In this document: positions 50,415-61,315 of the stretch, in pieces | How the letters are laid out: each line of letters begins with the position of its first letter | Position numbering within the stretch: position 1 is the stretch's first letter | From: an uncultured Pseudomonadota bacterium | GTDB lineage: Bacteria > Pseudomonadota > Alphaproteobacteria > JACZXZ01 | Length of the DNA stretch: 64,000 bases | Assembly: GCA_963749075.1 (NCBI GenBank) | Contig: CAVVLJ010000016.1 | Coordinates: forward strand, 704,001 to 768,000 | Direction of reading: 5' to 3' | Program-made: the position numbers and the translations under genes | Notes under the pieces: generated by a model | What the model saw: the letters and a program-made list of their open reading frames with translations, nothing else | Told to the model about the DNA's origin: nothing | The model's database searches: none

Positions 50415-51188
50415 CTACGACAGGCCCGCGGCGAGATAGCCGCCGTCGACGCGGATGATCTCGCCGGTGACATAGCTCGCGGCGGGCGAGGCGAGGAAGA
50501 TGGCCGCGCCCACCAGCTCCGGGAGCTCGCCGAAACGGCCCATGGGGGTGCGGCGCATGGCGGCCGCCTTGCGCTCCGGGCTCATCTTGTCGCGGTTGAG
50601 CTCGGTCATGAAATAGCCGGGTGCGATGGCGTTGACGCGCACGCCGCGCGTCGCCCACTCGGCGGCGAGCGTCTCGGTGAGGCCGAGCACGCCGTGCTTG
50701 CTCATCGTATAGGGCGTCGACTTTTGCAGGCCGATGAGCGAGGCGATCGAGCCGATGTTGACGATCGCTCCCTCGCCCCGCGCCAGCATGTGCCGCCCCG
50801 CCTCGAGGCAGGCGAAGAAGACGCTTTTGAGGTTGGTGTCGATCACGAGGTCGTACTGCTCGGGCGTGAAGTCCTCGCTCGGCTGGATGATCGTCACACC
50901 CTGGGAGTTGACCAGCACGTCGAGCTTGCCGAATTTAGCCGCCGCCCCGTCGATCACTGCCTTGAGGCGGGGGAGGTCGGTCACGTCGGCGGCATAACCC
51001 ACGGCGTCGGGATCGCTCTCGCGCAGGCGCTCTGCCACCTCCGCCACCTTGGCCGGCGTCTTGCCGAGGATGGCCACGCGCGCGCCCGCCTCCTGATAGG
51101 CGAGTGCGATCTCGCGCCCGATGCCGCTCGAGCCGCCGATGACGAGCGCCACCTTGTCCTTGAGCGAGAAGCGGTCGGCTTGGGTCAT
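50415..51188 (-). CDS. short-chain dehydrogenase/reductase
   Basis: GGSSGIG, YTMSK catalytic motif, VNAIAPGYF, TPMGRFG. Confidence 0.9.
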   Translation of the reverse strand: MTQADRFSLKDKVALVIGGSSGIGREIALAYQEAGARVAILGKTPAKVAEVAERLRESDPDAVGYAADVTDLPRLKAVIDGAAAKFGKLDVLVNSQGVTIIQPSEDFTPEQYDLVIDTNLKSVFFACLEAGRHMLARGEGAIVNIGSIASLIGLQKSTPYTMSKHGVLGLTETLAAEWATRGVRVNAIAPGYFMTELNRDKMSPERKAAAMRRTPMGRFGELPELVGAAIFLASPAASYVTGEIIRVDGGYLAAGLS

Positions 51189-51244
51189 GGAGGGCGCTCC
51201 GCTAACGCTGAGTTACGAGGGGTCGCGACGCTTGCGGCGACGCA

Positions 51245-51385
51245 GTGGGTCCTTCGAGACGCAACCCTTTCGGGTTGCTCCTCAGGACGAGGTCAATTCG
51301 TGTGTGGCAGAAAGATTCTAACTCATCCTGAGGAGCGAGCGTAGCGAGCGTCTCGAAGGACGCACTACAGCCGGTCCGAGACCCA
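51245..51385. mobile_element. family B element, copy 3 (reverse orientation)
   Basis: Arms CCTTCGAGACGC..CTCCTCAGGA and TCCTGAGGAG..GTCTCGAAGGA; spacer TGTGTGGCAGAAAGA. Confidence 0.75.
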
Positions 51386-51387
51386 CT

Positions 51388-51423
51388 ATCGCTCTCCACG
51401 TCGAGCCAGCGGGCGTCGCTCAT
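51388..51423 (-). pseudogene. 5' stub of a probable HEPN toxin gene, truncated at the family B element
   Basis: ATGA overlap with the MNT stop; reads MSDARWLDVESD and then runs into repeat sequence. Confidence 0.5.
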
Positions 51424-51749
51424 TCGAGCACCAGGCCGTCCTTGAGCACGCGTGCGACAAATTCGGGCTTGCAGTACAGGGCTGGCCGAACATCCGGCGT
51501 CAAGCCAAGGCGCCGGCATTCGCCCTCGGCGAAGCGGCGGGCTTCGGAGGTGCTGGTCTCCGGAAAATCGACCAGGATGTCGATGTCGCTGTCGAAGCGA
51601 AGGCGATCCTCGGCGGCCGATCCGAAGACGATGAAACGTCCGCCGCGAGCCCGGGCATAAGAGCGCAGCGCCTCGCACAGGGTCGCGAAACCCTGACGCA
51701 TGGCCGCCACGTGCGCACGTTTCTGCTCGGTCAGCGTCGGGAACGTCAC
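51420..51749 (-). CDS. minimal nucleotidyltransferase (MNT) antitoxin-like protein
   Basis: 109 aa; VFGSAA......DSDIDILV GS-DxD motif, third Asp in PDV. Confidence 0.8.
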   Translation of the reverse strand: MTFPTLTEQKRAHVAAMRQGFATLCEALRSYARARGGRFIVFGSAAEDRLRFDSDIDILVDFPETSTSEARRFAEGECRRLGLTPDVRPALYCKPEFVARVLKDGLVLE

Positions 51750-51845
51750 AGCATCACCTGGAGCTGTGGATTGCTGGCTCTATTCGCACTCATTGCAGGC
51801 CTGCGTAGTTGCCAGCCGGCCAAAGCGATGTCAAGTGCGCGCCAT

Positions 51846-52546
<701 letters not shown>

Positions 52547-52547
<1 letters not shown>

Positions 52548-53275
52548 CACACCGCCTCCTCGCCGAGGTAGGACTTGAGCACCTCGGGATGGCGCACGAC
52601 TTCGGCGGGCGGGCCCTCGGCGATGCGCTCGCCGTGGTGCAGCACGACGATGCGGCCGGCGAGCGCCATCACCGCGCGCATGACGTGCTCGATGAGGAGG
52701 ATGGTAAGGCCGCCCTCGCGGTTGAGCTCGCGCAAGACCGCCACCATGCGGTCGACCTCGGTCGGGCGCAAGCCTGCCATGGTCTCGTCGAGGAGGAGGA
52801 GGCGAGGGGCTGTCGCGAGCGCCCGTGCGAGCTCGAGGCTTTTGCGGTCGGGGAGTGCGAGGCTGCCGGCAGCGAGATGGCGCTTCTCCCAGAGATCGAG
52901 GCGGCGCAGCACCTCGGCCGCGCGCGCCCGCGCCGCCTCCACGCCGCGCTCGGCCGCCAATGCCCCCACCACCGCATTGTCCTCGACCGAGAGCGCCATG
53001 AATGGGCGCACGGTCTGGAAGGTGCGCGCGATGCCGGCGCGGCACACGGCGTCGGGCGAGAGCCCGGCGATGCTGCGGCCGTCGAGCCGCACGTCGCCCT
53101 CGTCCGGCGCATGGACGCCGGCGATGACGTTGAAGAGCGTCGTCTTGCCGGCGCCGTTGGGGCCGATGACGGCGGCGATCTCGCCGCTCCGAAGCGCAAA
53201 GGAGACCGCGTTCACGGCGACGAGGCCGCGGAAGCGCTTGCTCACCCTATCCACGCTCAGAAGGGCGGCGCTCAT
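52547..53275 (-). CDS. livG: branched-chain amino acid-type ABC ATPase (LivG)
   Basis: FRGLVAV, GPNGAGKT, IARTFQ, LDE.MAGL, IEH. Confidence 0.9.
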
Positions 53276-54270
53276 GCGGCGGCTTGGCGCGCCGCGCCCC
53301 GGCGTGCGCGGCGGGCAAGCCAGGGCCACACGCCGCCCGGCAAGGCGCGGATGACGGCGATGAGGATGAGGCCGTGGATGACGAGCTCGAGCCCGGGAAG
53401 CTCGAGCCCCATAGCGCCGGTGGCGCCGAGAAGGAGGGCGCGGAGCGGCGTCAAAAGGAAAGCGCCCACGATGGGGCCCACGAGCGTGCCGAGCCCGCCC
53501 ACGATGGGGGCGAGGATGATGTCGATGGAGCTGGCAATGGAGAAGACGTGCTCGGGGAAGAGATTGTCGTTGTAGAAGGCGTAGAAGGTGCCGGCGAGCG
53601 CCGTCATCGCGGCCGAGATGAGCACGGCCGCCATGCGCGCGCGGAAGAGATTGATGCCGAGCGCCTGGGCGGCCTCCGGGTCCTCGCGGATGGCGCGCCA
53701 TTGGTAGCCGAGGCGCGAGCGCAGCAGCAGTGCTGAGATGAGGAGTGCCGCCGCGGCGAGGAGCAGGATCGCGTAATAGTAAAGCTCGATGGGGCCGCGC
53801 AGCGCCAGGATGTCGAGGCGCCCCGCCGTGGCCACGGGAATGAAGAGGCCGCCCGAGGCGCCCGTCCACTCGATGTGGTCGAAGCCGATGCGCGCCACCT
53901 CGGCGAAGGCGATGGTGAGGAGAGCAAAATAGACGCCGGAGATGCGGAAGCGGAAGCCGAGCCAGCCGATGAAGGCGCCGGCCGTGGCCGCGAGCAGCAT
54001 GCCGGGGAAGAGCCCGAGGAGCGGCGGGATGCCGTAATGGACGAAGAGTGCCGCCGAGGCATAGGCGCCGAGGCCGACATAGAGCGCGTGGCCGATCGAG
54101 AGCAGGCCGGCGAAGCCCATCATCAGGTTCCACGCCTGGCCGAGATAGGCCGAGTAGAGCACGAGGATGAGGAGGGAGAGGCTGTAGCGGTCGAGGAGGA
54201 GGGGGGCGGCGAGGAGGACGACGAGCGCTGCCGCTGCCGCGAAGAGGCCGTTCCGGGAGAGGCCGCGCAT
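53272..54270 (-). CDS. livM: ABC permease (LivM-type)
   Basis: AWNLMMGFAG.LSIGH, GVYFALLT, AIREDPEAA, GGLGT..GP. Confidence 0.88.
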   Translation of the reverse strand: MRGLSRNGLFAAAAALVVLLAAPLLLDRYSLSLLILVLYSAYLGQAWNLMMGFAGLLSIGHALYVGLGAYASAALFVHYGIPPLLGLFPGMLLAATAGAFIGWLGFRFRISGVYFALLTIAFAEVARIGFDHIEWTGASGGLFIPVATAGRLDILALRGPIELYYYAILLLAAAALLISALLLRSRLGYQWRAIREDPEAAQALGINLFRARMAAVLISAAMTALAGTFYAFYNDNLFPEHVFSIASSIDIILAPIVGGLGTLVGPIVGAFLLTPLRALLLGATGAMGLELPGLELVIHGLILIAVIRALPGGVWPWLARRARRGAARQAAA

Positions 54271-55139
54271 CAGCGCTTGCTCCCGAGCAGGCCCTGCGGC
54301 CGCACCACGAGGACGAGGACGAGGAGGGCGAAGGACACCATGCTCTTCATCGAGGGCGCCATGAGGAGCCCGGCGAGGGCTTCGGAGAGGCCGATTAGGA
54401 CGCCGCCCAGGAGTGCCCCCGCCATGCTGCCGAGCCCGCCGATGATCACGATGGTGAAGGCGAGGAGCGTGAAGTCGGGGGCAAGCGCCGGCGTGGCGTC
54501 GGAGACGAGGATCATGAGGGTGCCGGCGATACCCGCGCACGCCGCACCGATGCCGAAGCTCAGCGCATAGAGCCGCTTGAAGTCGAGCCCGACGACGGCC
54601 GCACCCACGAGATTGTCGGCCGCTGCGCGGATCGCCGTCCCGGTCCGCGTCGAACGGAAGAAGACGAAGAGGGCCGCCGCCGCCGCGATCGCCACGAGGG
54701 CGGCATAGACGCGCACCTTGTCGAGGAGGAGCGGGCCGAGCGCAAAGCTGTCGTAGGCGTAGGCCACGTCGACGTGGCGGGCGTCGGGCCCGAAGGCCAT
54801 GAGGAGGAGGTTGACGATGACGAGGGCCACGCCGGCCAGGAGGATGAACTGCTCGTGCTCGGGGCGTGCCACGAAGGGATTGATGAGGGCCGTCTGGAGC
54901 GCATAGCCGAAGCAGAAGAGGAGGAGGGCGACAGGTGCGAGTGCCAGCAAGGGATCGAGGCCGAGCCCCTTGAACAGCACGAAGGCCGCATACATGGCGA
55001 GCACCGTCATCTCGCCGTGGGCGAAGTTGACGACGCGCACGACGCCGAAGATGACCGAGAGGCCGAGCGCCATCAGGCCGTAGACGAGGCCGCTCAGCAC
55101 CCCGCTCAGCACCACGTTGGCGACGAGGGAGGCGGTCAT
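54270..55139 (-). CDS. livH: ABC permease (LivH-type)
   Basis: ALGLSVIFGV.RVVNFAHGE, G.AIRA, IIGGLGS, RPQGLLG. Confidence 0.9.
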   Translation of the reverse strand: MTASLVANVVLSGVLSGLVYGLMALGLSVIFGVVRVVNFAHGEMTVLAMYAAFVLFKGLGLDPLLALAPVALLLFCFGYALQTALINPFVARPEHEQFILLAGVALVIVNLLLMAFGPDARHVDVAYAYDSFALGPLLLDKVRVYAALVAIAAAAALFVFFRSTRTGTAIRAAADNLVGAAVVGLDFKRLYALSFGIGAACAGIAGTLMILVSDATPALAPDFTLLAFTIVIIGGLGSMAGALLGGVLIGLSEALAGLLMAPSMKSMVSFALLVLVLVVRPQGLLGSKR

Positions 55140-55232
55140 GGAGGCTCGGGTGCGCGGCGCGCGCCGAGCCCGATGTGGAGGTACCCCCCTCCCTGACCCT
55201 CCCCCTCAAGGGGAGGACTAGGAGAGGGGAGA

Positions 55233-55994
55233 TCACATGTTCCAATAGCGGATTGGATTCGCGGCACCCTTCTTTCGCAAGGAGTTTGGAATGCGTTTTT
55301 GCTCATACCAATCTCTCACCTCCGCCGGTGCGTACTTCCCTATGAAGCCAAACCGCCTATTCCTTGGTCCGAAACCTTCTCGAACAAGGCCAGGAAAATT
55401 TTCAGGAGTTGCTTCCAGCCAGTCCTTTGCCTCGAAAGCCCCAACTATCAAGCCCCGGCGCACAGCCAGAACATAGTCGGCCTTGCGTGCCTTTTCAGGG
55501 CCGATCTTCCAGGCAAATCGAACGGCGTCGAATAAGTCGCCGCTATCACTGGTACGATTGACGTTGATCAAAATTAGCTTGTGACGGGCTTCTGCGACGG
55601 GCGCATCGTACTCTGCAACGACTTCCTGCGCATGCATGACACCTCGATAGGCGTCTTGCCCCTTCACCAGATTCGCGAGTCCCGGATAGGCATCAATGAG
55701 GGCGGCCTCAACTTCTTTGGCTGACTCTTCGCTCATTCCGTGACGGTGAATGACGTGTCCGACTGTTAGTCCAGCGATCTTCATTTCTCTGATCGTCCTG
55801 ATTTTCTGAGGATCGCCATCGTCATTAGCTTCACCGTCACTCTGAATGCCGACGCCCTCCGCATGCTCGAAAACTCGATTGTCCTGCCCGCGTCCGACGT
55901 AGAATGTCGATCCGTCACGGGGGTCAATGAGACGATAGACGTAGAATCGTAGCTTCTCGGAAACTTTCTCGGAGAACCTCAATTTCGGAGTCAT
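55233..55994 (-). CDS. LEM-3-like / COG3680-type GIY-YIG endonuclease
   Basis: FYVYRLIDPRD..TFYVGRG...R...H, EAALID, LAN...G, C-terminal NPIRY; AT-richer codons; AGGAGG RBS. Confidence 0.85.
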   Translation of the reverse strand: MTPKLRFSEKVSEKLRFYVYRLIDPRDGSTFYVGRGQDNRVFEHAEGVGIQSDGEANDDGDPQKIRTIREMKIAGLTVGHVIHRHGMSEESAKEVEAALIDAYPGLANLVKGQDAYRGVMHAQEVVAEYDAPVAEARHKLILINVNRTSDSGDLFDAVRFAWKIGPEKARKADYVLAVRRGLIVGAFEAKDWLEATPENFPGLVREGFGPRNRRFGFIGKYAPAEVRDWYEQKRIPNSLRKKGAANPIRYWNM

Positions 55995-56068
55995 GAGCCC
56001 CCTCCTTCGTGTCTCAACAACATCTTCCGGCGACGGCTCCCCACCTCCCCCTCCCTTGAGGGCTAAGG

Positions 56069-56295
56069 GATGCACACATCTCGAGGAGCCTTGCAGTACC
56101 GCTGTGGGTCCTTCGAGACGCGCCCCTTCGGGGCGCTCCTCAGGATGAGGCGATTTCGTGTGTGGCAGAAAGACCTAACCTCATCCTGAGGAGCGAGCGC
56201 AGCGAGCGTCTCGAAGGACCCACCGCAGCCAGTCCGAGGCACCTTTGACCGCGCGACACCGCGCTTTGCCGGTGATATTCGGACTTGTGTGACTC
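56069..56295. mobile_element. family B element, copy 4 (reverse orientation), nested in the GIY-YIG cassette
   Basis: Ends GATGCACACA (56069-56078) and TGTGTGACTC (56286-56295); same arms and spacer as copy 1. Confidence 0.75.
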
Positions 56296-56377
56296 CCATA
56301 GCCCCCTTGAGGGACAGGGTCAGGGAGGGGGGTCGCTCGAGCATCGGCGCCCGGCTCGCGCGCGTCGCGGATCGGCC

Positions 56378-57637
56378 TCAGCTGCGCTGCTGCCAACCCG
56401 GCATCGGGAAGACCGGCTTCGCGGTCGCCGCGTCGGCCGGCAGCACCACGGTGGGAGCGCCATGGAGGTTTTGCACGCTCGCCGAATCGACCTTGGGGTT
56501 CTGGCCCTTGGCGTCAAACGTGATGGGGCCGCCGATCATCAGGTGGTCGACGATGTGGGTCGTGCGCAGCGCCTGGAGGAGGGCGGCCTTGTCGTTCGAG
56601 CCTGCGCGCCTGCGGGCGTCGGCCACCACCATGATCGCCTCGAAGGTGAAGCCGGCGCTGAGCGCATTGCCGGCGAAGGATTCGCTGGGGAAGGCCTTCG
56701 CGAAGGCGGCCGCGAAAGTCGCCGCGAGCTTGCTCCTGGGATTGTACCAGGGCACGTTCGAGATGCAGTAGTCGGCATACTTGCCGAGCGCCTGGATGAA
56801 CTCCTGCTCGTACATGCCCGGGCTGCCCGGGCTCATGACGCCCATCGGCTGGTAGCGCTGCTTGACCATCTCGCGCACGAGCTTGATGGCATCGCCCGCG
56901 CGCGTGGTGACGAGGACGAGCTCGGCCCTGCTCGCGCTCGCCTTGGCGATTTCGACCGAGAGGTCCTGCGCCTTGGGGTCGTAGGAGATCTCCTCGACGA
57001 GCTTGAAGGGCATGTCGAGGGTGGGGAAGAGCTTGTCGATGGCCTGGCGGTTGGCCTGGCCGAAGGTGTCGTTGGCATGGAGGAAGACGGCGGTCTTGGG
57101 CGTCGTTCCCGTCGCCTTGAAGAGCTCCTTGGCGAGCGTGAGGCCGTTGGTGATGAGGTCGACGCTGGTCGGGAAGTTGCGGAACACCCACTTGTAGCCC
57201 TGCTCGGTGATCTGCGTGGCGGCACCGAGGTTGATGACCAGGGGCACGCCGCGCTGCTCGGCGACCTGGGCGATCACCGCAGTGGCGCCCGAATCGAAGG
57301 CGCCGACCAGCGCCTCCGCCCCGTCGTTGATGAGCTTCTCGGCCTGGGTGCGGGCGAGCTCGACGTTGCTCTCGAAATCGACGGAGACGAGCTCGACCGG
57401 CATGCCCAGATCCTTGAGGATGGCGGGCGTTATGTCGGCGCCGCGCTGGCACTGCTGGCCGGGTGCCGCGAGGTAGCCCGAGCGCGGCAGGAGAAGGCCG
57501 ATCTTGATGGCGGCATCGGCGCGCGCGCGGCGGGGGGCGAGGCCGGCTGCGCCGAGTGCTGCAGCCGCGGCCGCTCCCTTGAGCACGCTCCGGCGGCCGA
57601 GCGGGCGGCCGAAGGGATGGCGATCACCGTGACGCAT
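56378..57637 (-). CDS. ABC transporter substrate-binding protein (LivK/LivJ type), Tat signal
   Basis: GRRSVLK Tat motif, IKIGLLLPRSG, LVGAFDSG, QGYKWVFRNFP, GPITFD. Confidence 0.88.
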   Translation of the reverse strand: MRHGDRHPFGRPLGRRSVLKGAAAAAALGAAGLAPRRARADAAIKIGLLLPRSGYLAAPGQQCQRGADITPAILKDLGMPVELVSVDFESNVELARTQAEKLINDGAEALVGAFDSGATAVIAQVAEQRGVPLVINLGAATQITEQGYKWVFRNFPTSVDLITNGLTLAKELFKATGTTPKTAVFLHANDTFGQANRQAIDKLFPTLDMPFKLVEEISYDPKAQDLSVEIAKASASRAELVLVTTRAGDAIKLVREMVKQRYQPMGVMSPGSPGMYEQEFIQALGKYADYCISNVPWYNPRSKLAATFAAAFAKAFPSESFAGNALSAGFTFEAIMVVADARRRAGSNDKAALLQALRTTHIVDHLMIGGPITFDAKGQNPKVDSASVQNLHGAPTVVLPADAATAKPVFPMPGWQQRS

Positions 57638-57770
57638 GGAGCACTTCCTCCTCTAGATTGCGGTTGCGGCGGCAACGGCGATTGCCGCGGCAACGCGGTT
57701 GGGGACAGCTTGACGGCCAAGGGAGGATGCGGTCAAGCGCAGCGGACGCTTGGGGCGCCGCCTGGCAGGG

Positions 57771-58319
57771 TCACCAATGGCGGATGCGGCCCACGTCGAC
57801 GTGCACGAAGTCGGAGCTCGGATAGTAGCCGACGCCGCCGCGCCTCAAGCGCATGGCCGCCCGGTGGAGCGAGTGGAGCGAGCGGCCGGGCAGGCGGATA
57901 TCGATCGCCTTGCCCTGCATGTGCAGGCTGTTGACCGCGACGCCGTTCGACTCCTCGTGCAGCAGGGCGTTGGTTTCGGGCGAGCGGTAGCCGGAGATCA
58001 CCTGGAACGGCGCCTGCGTGCCGAGCAGGCGCCTGAGCGCGTCGAGGAGATCGAGGAGCTGGGGGTCGATGGCGTGGACGTGGCCGGTGCGGAAGTCCCG
58101 CAGATTATAATTGACCTGGTGGAGCGCCCCTCGCACGTAGCGGCCGTTGACCCAATAATGGACGTTGAGCCGCTCGCCGGTGTGGAGGTTGTCGAGGGCG
58201 ACGCTGCGAAAACGCGCGTGCCCGAGGGAGGCCAGCGCCGGTGCCGCGAAGCTCGTCACCGCCGCGGCAGCGCCCGCACAGAGGAACAGCCGCCGCCCGC
58301 GATTGCTCGGTTCCGTCAT
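57771..58319 (-). CDS. mepK: DUF882 / YcbK (MepK) peptidoglycan hydrolase, peptidase M15
   Basis: Tat RR, NLHTGE, LRDFR, IDPQL.D, ISGYRSP.TN, SLHM.GKAID, FVHVDVG..R.W. Confidence 0.88.
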   Translation of the reverse strand: MTEPSNRGRRLFLCAGAAAAVTSFAAPALASLGHARFRSVALDNLHTGERLNVHYWVNGRYVRGALHQVNYNLRDFRTGHVHAIDPQLLDLLDALRRLLGTQAPFQVISGYRSPETNALLHEESNGVAVNSLHMQGKAIDIRLPGRSLHSLHRAAMRLRRGGVGYYPSSDFVHVDVGRIRHW

Positions 58320-58404
58320 TCCCTGGCGCCCCCTTGCTCATGCCCCGGCTTCGCTCATATCAGAGCCGGGTGCTTAAAGCAACCCCTTGTGATTGCTAAT
58401 CCTT

Positions 58405-60103
58405 TCAACCGCTCTGCTGGTGTGCCTCCTGGTCGGCCGGAGCCTCCTTGGGCGGTGCGGCCAGATGGCGGCTGTGGTAGGCGAAGACCTCGGCCAGGCG
58501 CTTGTCGCGGCCATAGACGTCGGGGCGGAACTCGACGCTGCCGTCGGCCTTCGCGATGGCCGTCCAATCCAGCACATAGACGGGAAGCGGCATCTTGATG
58601 GCGAGATGACGGGTGTCGCCTGCCGCGATCTTCTCCTTGAGCTCGGCCAGGCCCTCGCTCGCGTCGCCGGTGAGCGCCAGCGAGGCGAGCGGCAAGGCCT
58701 CCTCGACGCGGATGCAGCCGTGACTGAAATTGCGCTCCGCGCGCGCGAAGAGGCGGCGCAAGGGCGTGTCGTGGAGATAGACGTTCGAAGGGGTTCGGCA
58801 TCTCGATCTTGACGCCGCCGAGCGAGTTGCCCGGGCCCGGAAGCTGGCGCAGCCGGTAGGGAAAGTGCCCGTCCGGGATGGCGCTCCAATCGACGTTGAC
58901 GCCGTAGGGATCGCCCGCCGGCCCATGCACGATCACGATATTCTCGCGCTCGAGATAGCTCGAATCCTGCTTGAGCTTGGGCAGCATCTCCTTCTGCGCG
59001 ATCGAGGGCGGCACGTTCCACGGCGGGTTCACGGTGATCGAGACCGCCATCGCGCGCAGGATCGGGCTTTGGTGCTTCTCGTCGCCCACCACGACCTTGG
59101 AGGCGAGGATGACGGCGCCGTGGTCGATGACGCGGAGCTCGCCGTCCGCCGCATTGACGGCCACGTAGCGCTCCTCGAGCTGGCGCGGCATCCAGCGCCA
59201 GCGCTCCATGTTGGCGATGATCTGGTTGATCCGCTCGTCCGCGCCGACGTTGAGGGCGGCGAAGGTCTTGGCGCCGATGCGGCCGTCGACGGCCAGGCCG
59301 TTGCGCGTCTGGAAGCGCCGCAAGGCGGCCCCGAGATCGCCCTTGACGGCGTGCGCCGGCTGGGCCGCGAGCGCCGTATCCTCGACGGCGAGGTGCTGGC
59401 GGAGGGTGGCAAGGCGGGGGTCGTGGCTGTCGAGCCTGAGTTCGTCGCCCGGCGGAATCTCGGGCCAGCCGCCCTTGTCCGCGAGTTCGCGGTAGTGCTT
59501 GAGCGCGTCCTTGAGCCGCGCATACTCGGCATAGGGCGGCGGCAGCTCGGCGATGAGCCCGGCAAGGCCCTCGCCCTTGAGCGCCGCCTCGAGCGCCGCC
59601 GCTGCATCGAAGTCCTCGGCCGGCAAGTTCACGTCGTCGAACACCCGGTGGGGTGCTACGCGCCCGAGGCGCATGTCATGGGCATAGCGCAGGAAGGCGT
59701 CCGTCAGGACGAGATCGTACGCCGCCGCGGCCGCGGCATCCGCGGGTGCCGCGGTGGCGGCGAGTGCGGCCGGGTGGTAGTCCGCCGGATTGAGCCCGTC
59801 GAGGTCCGCGGCCGCCAGCGCCGAGAGGGCAAGCTTGGCGCGCTCCGCGGCATCGCCGCTTCCCGCCCAGGCGGGCTCGGCGCCGCGCGCGCCATAGAAG
59901 CGCCGCAGCGTCGCCAGGTCGAGGGGCTGGTTGTCGAGCACGTGGCTGGGTGCGGCGTCGAGGAGCTGTTGCAGCGCCTCGGATATGGCGCGGTCGACCC
60001 CGGCCGTCGCCGGCTGGGCCTGGGCCGGCACCGCCGCAAGCGCCATCAGCCCGCAGAGGAGGGCCGGGCACAGCACCTCGCGGCGATACGCGCGCCGCCG
60101 CAT
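58405..60103 (-). CDS. ldtD: L,D-transpeptidase, YcbB/LdtD family (one +1 frameshift at 58784-58785)
   Basis: FY..R...PAW, FQ.RNGL..DG, NMERWRW, NPPWNVP, RQLPGPGNSLG; restored VYLHDTP...SHGCIRV. Confidence 0.82.
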
Positions 60104-60465
60104 CGCGTGGCGAGGGATGGCAAGAGAGGGTGACACCAATGCACTCCGCTCGGGACCGCTCCTCGACCGGCTGGCCGTTCCGTTCGCGCCGCCGCTCTTG
60201 CCGCAGCACGGCCGCATTGCCGAGGCGAGTGCCCATTCGCCGGTATCGGGACGCGCATCCACGCACCTTTCTACCACGAACCGGCGGATGACGGCTACGT
60301 TCATGGCTGGCTCTTCCACGGCGCGGCCGGGCGCAATGCGCCGGCCGAGCGTCGGCCGGCCGGACAAGGTGCCTCCTGGAAAACCGCCGCGATTTGCGCG
60401 ACTGTTGCAGGCCGGGCGGCGCCGCGCGGCAAGGTGCCAAGGCATGGGCGGGAGGGAGGCCGGCG

Positions 60466-61186
60466 ATGGTCGAGGTGCAATTGCCCGACGAGCTCGTGCG
60501 GCGCGTGATCGAGCGTCGCGGGCGGCTCCACTGCTTTGACGAGCTGGAGCCCCGCCGCACGGCGCTCGTCGTCGTCGACATGCAGACCGCATTTCTCAAG
60601 CCGGAGTGGCCGACCTCGCTGGCTGCCGCGCGGGACATCGTGCCGACCGTCAACCGCCTGGCCCGCGTGGTGCGGCAGACGGGCGGGCAGGTGGTGTGGA
60701 TCGTCTCGACCTATGGCCCGCGGGCGGAGGACCGCTGGGGCGTCCTCTTCGACCACATCCTGGGCCCGGAGGCAGGCGCCTTCTTCCGCGAGGTGCTGAG
60801 CGAGGGGCACGAGGGCCACGCGATCTGGCCTGAGCTCGAGGTCGGGCGCGAGGACGCGATCGTGGCCAAGAACCGCTTCAGCGGCTTCTGCGGCAGCGAC
60901 GGGCGCCTCGAGCGCCTCCTCCGCGAGCGCGCCCTCGATACCCTCCTCATCGCCGGCACGGTGACCAACGTGTGCTGCGAGTTCGACGGCGCGCGAGGCG
61001 GCGTTTCGCGACTTCAAGACGATCATGATCTCGGACGCCAACGCCGGACGCTCCCGGGAGGACAACCTCGCCACCTTCGCGACCTTCATCCGCGTCTTCG
61101 GCGACGTGATGTCGAGCGCCGAGGCCGCGCGGCGGCTCGAGGCGGCCGCACTTCCCGCCGCCGCTGCCGCCCGCGATTCCTGTTGA
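60466..61186 (+). CDS. isochorismatase-family cysteine hydrolase (one +1 frameshift at 60982-60983)
   Basis: TALVVVDMQ, K.RFSGF; removing one T restores TNVCCESTAREA..RDFKTIMISDA, stop TGA 61184-61186. Confidence 0.8.
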
Positions 61187-61315
61187 CTCCGAGTTGCAAC
61201 CGCCTAGGCTTCATCATGGCTCGCGGCCGGCGTTGCCGGATCGCAAAAGAGAGCCGCTGAGGCTTCGAAGGCTGCGGCGCGGGGCTGCTGCCGGAACGAA
61301 CGGGCGGAGGCTTGC

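Larger units (their letters stand above)
55183..56333. mobile_element. REP-bounded cassette carrying a GIY-YIG nuclease gene
   Basis: 31-bp inverted repeats 55183-55213 and 56303-56333 (29/31 match) made of family A units; lies between livK-like and livH genes. Confidence 0.6.

Noticed and set aside
57682-57693. Palindrome TTGCCGCGGCAA upstream of the liv binding-protein gene
   Set aside because: The same 12-mer occurs inside the tgt coding sequence near 19838; chance in GC-rich DNA cannot be excluded
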